From Eledone cirrhosa (lineage: Eukaryota): DNA of 64,000 bases. The stretch's first letter is position 1. Each line of letters opens with the position of its first letter. A program made the translations under genes and the position numbers. Shown here in pieces: positions 56,302 to 64,000 of this stretch. The stretch lies in NCBI GenBank assembly GCA_964016885.1, contig OZ024740.1, positions 133,734,001-133,798,000 of the forward strand, given 5' to 3'. The notes below the pieces were generated by a model, which had not been told where the DNA came from, did not search any database, and saw only the letters and a program-made list of their open reading frames with translations.

Positions 56302-58600
56302 CTGTTTGCTTTTCACATATTTCTTATAGTAATAGACATATGAATAAAATCAGGAATAATTTGCTGTCGGTTGTCTATGGTAAATGACAGATGAGGAAGC
56401 AAAGTCAATTGAGTTGTCTTTATTAAAAATTGTTTGCGTTAGTTGCATCCACGAGAATGGTTTCTTTTCAGTGAAAACTCTATTAATCTTGTATGAAATG
56501 TTTCTATGCCCACGTTTGAATGTTTGAAAGTGTTTAGGAATAAATGTCATTGCGAGAAAGGGAATAAGTTGTATATATACTTATATGAGAGACTTGTGTG
56601 TAAATTTTCAAAAAGATTTGACATTGAATTAGTGTTTAATGTGTATGTGTGTATGTAAGTGCGCGTGTGTTGGGAGGAAATAACAGCGAGTTTTAAACTA
56701 AGTAAATGTGCCTATGTATTTGTGTTCGTATATATAAGTGAAAATATCAGTAAGTATACATATATGTAAGCATGTATTAATGGATATTATATTAATATAT
56801 CTGTATGGATGAATAAATCGTTACTTTCTTAAATTGTCGACTACAATTGTTATAATTATAAATAATAACTAGTATATATGACAACAACTTTTCCACCATT
56901 TTATTAATATTGCGAGGTTTCCCGAGTGAATTACTGACTATGATAATTAATACATTTTATAAAGTATGTAAAATGTGTGAAGGATGATGCTAATCATTTG
57001 TGAAATGATGTGTACTAATGCAGGGCCAAATAATTGTAAAACAGAATAAATATGTGAAAGGATACATAAAAGGATAACCAAGAGAATATATACAGAAATG
57101 TATTACGATGTAAATGAAAGGCCAGAATGTCTAAAATAAGATCTATGCTGTCGAGTAGAATGATAGCCAACTTAATTCTATCGATTTCCTAAATGTTTGA
57201 CTAAAACAGTGTGCTCATTTAGCAAATAACTTACATTTTCTTTATTAACTAAATCCGATCTTTGTTACATTATCTCGAGATACCCATAGTACATAAAATG
57301 TACTAGCATCACTTCTTGGTACACAGAATCAGAATCATAAATGCAATAATCCCTGAATATCATTCATTGAAATGACATCACCTGCTAGCAGGCTGAATTG
57401 GTCGAATACTCTCCAAATCTATTCAGTCCATATGGTATCAAGTTATGGCATACATATACGAAACTATGACTGAACAATAGCCTTAACTGAGCTTCCCGCT
57501 GACAGGCCTCAGACAATAAATTTTCTCTAACGATCGGCTGTTATTGCAATTGACTAAGTTCCTGGATAACATTGATACTGTGGACTGCCTTGCCCGTTGG
57601 CAGGACTTTGAGTTAGAAAATTCTGCGTCTTGAGACGCATGAATCAGCCAAAGAGCTCCAATGACCAGCTGTATTCTTTAACAAGAATCAACAACAGATT
57701 TACTTCACTAAAAATGTATGTTATCAGGCGAGTGTAATTGTAATAATGAAACAAGTGATATCTGTGTTATTGAGTGAAAATAAAACGACATACGTAAATT
57801 ATACGGAAAAACAATAAACTCTCTGTAGAATTTATATTTAGAAGATCCTCGGGGCACTGACAAATGCTGTAGGGCACGATTAATACAACTAATTCTCAAC
57901 AGATGCTCGTACATCCAACATACGCCATTATCATTAGCTGCTCTTGTGTGAGAAAAAGCTTTTGTTTCAATTTCATTTAGATGCCTTCTTATTAAAGCTT
58001 AGTTCTTGGGGTTTTGTCGTCTTAAAAAAATGTGTTTACAAAATTATTATTTCGATGAAATTCGCAAATCAAATAGAATTATAGAATTAGAACTTATTGT
58101 ATTGATATTGGAAAATGCATAACAATTGATGAATACTTTTAACAAAATGGCTTCCTTCCTGTTGAAACTTCCATTTCAAATGTTGCACATGAAATTCATA
58201 CATTATGCTACTATAGCAATTTGAAAATAACACAATTGAAGGGAAATATGTAATTATGTATAAAGTGTTGTATATAATTAATATATTCAGATGATTGGAA
58301 AATGATTGGAAAAGGACTATGAATACGATTTCCTCAAACCATTTCCAATGAGATCAAATTCCACGCACATAATTATCTGTGAAGAAATATGTATCACACA
58401 TTGTCATTCAATAGTGTGGCCTTGTGAACTACATAATAAAATAACAGTATATGCATAAGAATGTGCATGTTCAATTGAAACTATCCTTAAGAAACTCATT
58501 GCTTCATTTATGCATATATTTTTATAATATAGGCATGGTTATGGCGGCATGTTTAAGATGTCCGCGTCTTAGACAAGTGATGCCAACTTCTGTTATTACC

Positions 58601-58638
<38 letters not shown>

Positions 58639-59355
58639 CTACTTATATATATATATATTACTACCTATATATATATATATATAATATATATATTACTACC
58701 TATATATATATATAATAGGTAATAACAGAATTAGAGCTTACGTTAGATTTGACTGAATGAAGTTAGTCTGTTAGGATTTAAAAAAACCCTCTAAAGGGAG
58801 AAAAGAAAAATGAATATTGACGTACATTAGACACGAACCCACATCTTCGGTTTGCCGGCAAATGTGTTACCATTACACCAACATGTCGCCCATCCTTCCT
58901 TTCATTCAATTAGAAGCTATATAACCATGAATATATTTGTATATATATAGGGATGTAGGGAGACACAATTTTTTTACAAACAACTAGTGAATTTAAAAAT
59001 AGGTAAATATATATATGTGTGTGTGTGTGTCTGTGTCTGTGTGCTTGTGTGGGTGTGTGTGTGGGTGTGGGTTTATGTGTGTGTTGGTGACAACCCATTT
59101 CAGTCAGAAATGACCATGGTATTTGCACGTAGAAAGTTCCCCTCCATAGCAGAAGCCCGTGCAAGGAGTTCTTATTTCTGGAAGAAGTGTGCCCGATCAT
59201 ATATAACAGTCTCCCCTCTACACCAGAGACATCACAATTGATTTGTGCTACGAAATAAACAGGAACAGTATTCCCCGGTCTGCGAATCAAACAATTTTAC
59301 GATTGTGAATCCAGCACTGTAACCACGCACGTATATATATATATATATATATATA

Positions 59356-59423
<68 letters not shown>

Positions 59424-59428
<5 letters not shown>

Positions 59429-60013
59429 AAAAAGAGATGAAATCGAAAATGTAACTGGAGTCTTATTTTTTTTTTAAATATATATATTTATTTGGTTCCT
59501 TTATTCCATTATTTATTAGTAATAGCGGGTACTCTCTCTCGAGTAGAATTTCCTTTAATTCTTGAAGTCTTTTATTTCGCGTTTCATAATTGGAGACAAT
59601 TGTGCAAATTCTTCTTGCTAGGTTAAAAGGAATGTTCGTCTTCGTGTGCTTTGGATGGTTGGAGGTGAATAGCAGATATTGTTTGGAATCTGTTGGTTTG
59701 TAGTGTATGTCAGTTTCGATATTTGTGTCTTTTTTTAAGATTAAGATGTCCAGAAATGGGAGTTGATCTTGGCTGTATTCCATTGTGAATTGGATGTGGT
59801 TATTGATGCCGTTTATTAAGTTTTTGAAATCCTTCAGTTGGTCGAGTGTGTGGGACCAAAAAATGAGGCAATCATCCAAGTAGCGTTTCCAATTCTCTGA
59901 TAAATATTTGTGGAAGTTCAATCCGTATTTTGATTTGGACTGTTCATATATCTGGACACTCGTGTAGGACACCTCTGTTATTTTTCATTTTGTAAAAAAA
60001 AACTCACTTTCTA

Positions 60014-60015
<2 letters not shown>
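59424..60015 (-). mobile_element. Chimeric PLE insertion (family Y): inverted pLTR end, RT fragment, pLTR tail
   Basis: WKRYLDDCLIFW, IQFTME, LPFLDI, YKPTDSKQYL, IPFNLARRICTIV at ~59504-59955. 59957-60015 is the reverse complement of ~54996-55056. Confidence 0.9.
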
Positions 60016-60046
<31 letters not shown>

Positions 60047-60270
60047 AACAATTAAGTTAAAAGTGTACATCTACATATGTATACTGAAATACTAGTATGC
60101 ATATAAATACACACATGTATACATATGTACATGTACTGAGTTTTTCACTGGACACTTTACTGTGAGTGTCCAGCTAGTCTGTATGTAACCAAACAGACAA
60201 ACCGGGTTTTAGAGTCATACGGTTTTTCAAGGAAACACATTTCCTCTATTCTCCAGAGAGCCAGACAGGA

Positions 60271-60313
60271 ATATTGGACTAGTTTCGATGTTATTACATC
60301 TCATCAGCAATAT
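60271..60313 (-). ncRNA. Canonical type I hammerhead in a ~450-bp monomer (60047-60497) related to the 40.5-kb family
   Basis: ATATTG-CTGATGA-GATGT-aata-ACATC-GAAA-CTAG-TC-CAATAT. Terminal hairpin at 60448-60498. Confidence 0.9.
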
Positions 60314-60492
60314 ATGCCCATCTTCCGGCTTCTCTAGAGAATCGTAAAAGCACATATCGTTATATGCTTTTTCTATGAAAATTAGTAGTGGGCAGACTAA
60401 CTTGCATAGAACGTGAGTCATTGTACGCACCGGTTCAGCGGAAACGATAAAAACAAATAACGAAACGAAATTTAATTTCGTTTCGTTATTTG

Positions 60493-60544
<52 letters not shown>

Positions 60545-60545
<1 letters not shown>

Positions 60546-60742
60546 CGAGGGAAAAGTGGTAAGGAACCAGGTGGACCATAACGCACCAAAGTACTCAATA
60601 CTTAGGGTAGTAGAGTGGGTAATAGGAGTAAGTAAGACCACGACGGCTGAGCTCAAGCCGTTTCGACGGCTAATTCTGTACTCAATTCTGTACAGAATTA
60701 GCCGTCGAAACGGCTTGAGCTCAGCCGCCGGGGTCTTACTTA

Positions 60743-60811
<69 letters not shown>

Positions 60812-61005
60812 CAAAGGAATTGTGGTAAGGAACCAGATGGACCATAACGCACCAGAGTACTCAAGAATTAGGGTAGTAGAGTGGGAAATAGGAAAAAGTA
60901 TGACCCCGACCGCAGAGCAGCTCAAGCCGTTTCGACGGCTATTTCTACCAGAAATAGCCGTCGAAACGGCTTGAGCTCTGCCGTCAGGGTCATACTTTTT
61001 CCTAT
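60545..61005 (-). mobile_element. Two short family-X pLTR ends (60545-60745, 60810-61005), each with snap-back inversion, separated by (TA)n
   Basis: GCCGTTTCGACGGCTA..TAGCCGTCGAAACGGC palindromes centred at ~60684 and ~60948. Confidence 0.88.
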
Positions 61006-61045
61006 ATATATATATATATATAAATTTAAATTAGCGAAACGCAAC

Positions 61046-61079
<34 letters not shown>

Positions 61080-61080
<1 letters not shown>

Positions 61081-62022
61081 CTAGATAGGGGAAACCCCAG
61101 CTAACATAGGTAGATGTACCTCTTTTCTTTTCCTTATTATTTTCTTCTTTCCCTCTATCTCTTCCTATCACTTCCTTCCACTCCCTATCCTCTTCCTTTT
61201 CCTTTTTTTCCCTTTCGCCTACCCCGGGGCAGCCCATCGGCCTTTTGTAGCCTCAGTACCCCCCACCCTAGTAAATTATAGATAGCATTGGCCGAAAACG
61301 CAATACCAACTAATTATAGCAGCTGTTTTAGACCCTAGAGATTTTGTATTACTTTTTACTACCCAATTCTATAATTTTATAAATTTTTTATTTATTTAGT
61401 ATCTTCTATTCTCAACTTATTAACCTATTCTATAGCATTGGCCGAAAACGTTATGCCAACTAAATATAGCAGCTGTTTTAGACTCTAGAGATTTTTTATC
61501 ACTTCCTACTACCCAATTTTATATTTTTATATATTTTTTTATTTATTTATTATCTTCTAATCTCAATTGATTTACCTATTCTATAACGTCCCTTCTCTAT
61601 TTTCTCCAGAATCTTTTTTCGCTTGCTTCCTCTAGCCTATTTTCATACACAATCCTTAGAATTTGCTGTATAGATTTCACTTTCAACGCGGGACCGGCTC
61701 CACCTACTCTCTCAATGTTCTACAGGCAAGTTCAGCCACCAACACCTCCCACCCACAGCCATGATAGACTTAATTGTGTTTACAAGAAATTTTGACCAAT
61801 CCTGTTGACAACTACAATCTTCCCATATAAGGAATTACCCCTTGAAAAGTTCGGCTATTTATTTACCACGCTAAAATTCTAATTTCGTCCAGAAATAGCC
61901 GTCGAAACGGCTTGAGCTCTGCCGTCGGGGTCAAACATTTTCCTATTACCCACTCTACTGCCCTAAGTATTGAGTACTCTGCTGCGTTATGGTCCATCTG
62001 GTTCCTTACCAAACCTCCTTCG

Positions 62023-62023
<1 letters not shown>
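61080..62023 (+). mobile_element. Family-X PLE 3' UTR/pLTR
   Basis: Reverse-complement match to ~15267-16175, including the internal duplication. Confidence 0.9.
61837..61931 (+). ncRNA. Type I hammerhead of family X, U3-A8 core
   Basis: ACCCC-TTGAAAA-GttCGGCTATTT-loop-AAATAGCCGtC-GAAA-CGGC-ttgagctct-GCCG-TC-GGGGT. Predicted cleavage after 61926. Confidence 0.82.
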
Positions 62024-62100
<77 letters not shown>

Positions 62101-62356
62101 AACCTGATTCTATTTCGCATCTCTGTTCCTTTTGGCCATTAGAATGCTCATTATATTATCGCTCTAATCCAGACATAATTTATTAATTTTATCTTGCTCT
62201 TTTACTAAATGCTTTACGAGGAAAAATATTACTGTTATGATTGCGAAATGTTTCTTTCTATAACTAGTTTCTGTGTGTGAGAAAGAGATATGGTGAGAGT
62301 CAGAGAATGAGTATGTGTGTGTGTTTGGTGTTTGCGTGCGTATCTCTCTGTCTCTC

Positions 62357-62468
<112 letters not shown>

Positions 62469-63197
62469 TATATATATGTGTGTGTGTATGTATGTTTGTG
62501 AGTGAGTGTATGTGTATATGTATGCGTGTTTCTGTGTGCAACTGCTTGTGTGTGTGTGTGTGTTTTGAACCAGAAGATATTTTCTCATTCTTTCATATCA
62601 ATTCTATCTTTATGGCAATCAAAAAATAAATTATTTCCCAATAATCAATGTCCCTGTTTTTGATATTTAACTCATTCGTTTTTGTTTTTTTTTAGTTTTG
62701 TTTTTTCATTTTATTTTGAATATTTCATGTGATAAATGGTGTTGTTCTTTTTTAATTAATTTGTTTGTATAAATCTATTTAAGTATCTCAAATTACTTTT
62801 CTCTGCCACTTGTACTGCAAGTAGAACAGATTCTACTACTCTGAACTCAGAATTAAATATTTTACTCGATCATTTCTCCCTACCATTGCAAATAATTTGC
62901 AATCATCTCTTGGCTACACGATTCCTACAGTCATAATCAGGTAACTGTTTAAGCTGAATAACGACTGAGGCGAGGTTTTAACTGATATGATTGCTGTATT
63001 TCTTTTTCTTTAAACAACGGGTCGCCAACATGTCATAGACACTAGTGTAATGGAAATAAAAAAGTTGAGCAGTGTATTATTCAAAGATACCCATTATATT
63101 CCTTTTGTGAGATCTCACTCACACGTGAGAAATCACACCAGAATAGTAATTTTTCATTTCAAACTTTTCGTAACATTTTCATTTAAAGTCGCATGCT

Positions 63198-63272
<75 letters not shown>

Positions 63273-63464
63273 TTCTCTCCCTCTCTCTCTCTCCCTCTTT
63301 CTCTCTCTTTTTTCTCTTTCTCTCTCACTCCTTCTCTATCTAACTCCTCTCTCTCTATCTATCTATCTCTCTTTCTCTCTCTCTCCTGTAGCATTTCTAG
63401 ATCAGATTCTGTATATCTGTTGGTTCTAACTATATTTCTCATTTCATTTTAATTACTACGTAAT

Positions 63465-64000
63465 AGTTTGTGTTACTCCATGTCCCCACTGTTTGTCAGA
63501 TGAGTATATCTTATCTATTTCAACTTTTGTGAAATGGTTTGGATACCTTTTTTGTCAGTGCCATAGGTATTTCTATCAAAACACTTCAACTCCTTTGACA
63601 CCCAATTCATTATGCTGCGTTGTATTGAGTCCAGTTTTAGAATTATTCTGATTCTTCTATAACACTCCATTGTAATTTGTTTCCTTCAAATATGTGTATC
63701 GTAGCATATAGCTTTCATACACGAATAAATATTTGTATTGGTAATTCTGTTCTAGTTCTTTGATTCCAGTGTCTGGGGTTATTTCTATGCCCTCAAGTTT
63801 AGTTAATAAGCTTTGGAATTTCATAGTTTTTCCCTTTTGCCTTATAAGACAATGTGGTCTTTTGCTTGTTCTGAATATTTTTCATCCCAGTAGAGTTAAG
63901 CTTCCATTGATATTGTTGTATTCATATGTGTTATGTTTATTTTTTTCAATGTTCCTGTAAAATATGTTGGTATTTGATTCAAACACATGTATTCCTTGAT
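63465..64000 (-). mobile_element. Old R4/Dong-like LINE RT fragment
   Basis: Minus strand GIEITPDTGIKELEQNYQYKYL, CYRRIRIIL, KVEIDKIY..WGHGVTQ, paralleling ~46600-46970. Confidence 0.6.

Noticed and set aside
60545-62023. Recurrent palindromic repeats resembling a CRISPR array
   Set aside because: No regular repeat-spacer period and no cas genes. They are PLE pLTR ends in eukaryotic DNA.

Overview
AT-rich animal genomic DNA with no recognisable intact host gene. It is almost entirely a mosaic of transposable elements separated by (TA)n, (CA)n, (GA)n and (TACA)n microsatellites. A SINE-like repeat resembles one I recall from octopod cephalopods, so the taxon is an inference. Coding relics: several Penelope-like elements (PLEs; RT plus C-terminal GIY-YIG), including one uninterrupted 657-codon ORF and one strongly C-rich copy; a 5'-truncated Ty3/Gypsy with its 3' LTR; a near full-length RTE LINE with three C-terminal C2H2 fingers; two other RTE relics; an R4/Dong-type RLE LINE plus a second fragment; a DDE transposon; and a hAT-like MITE with an 8-bp TSD. 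The main signal is about 24 type-I hammerhead ribozyme (HHR) motifs, folded by eye, from at least a dozen unrelated PLE pseudo-LTR or retrozyme-like families. Nearly all sit in (TA)n-bounded insertions, many with fold-back 5' ends. Four families carry a non-canonical U3-A8 core (UUGAAAA instead of CUGANGA). Some insertion junctions map onto ribozyme landmarks: stem II as the snap-back point, and the scissile bond as a template-switch point. Most ORFs in the supplied track are microsatellite artefacts.
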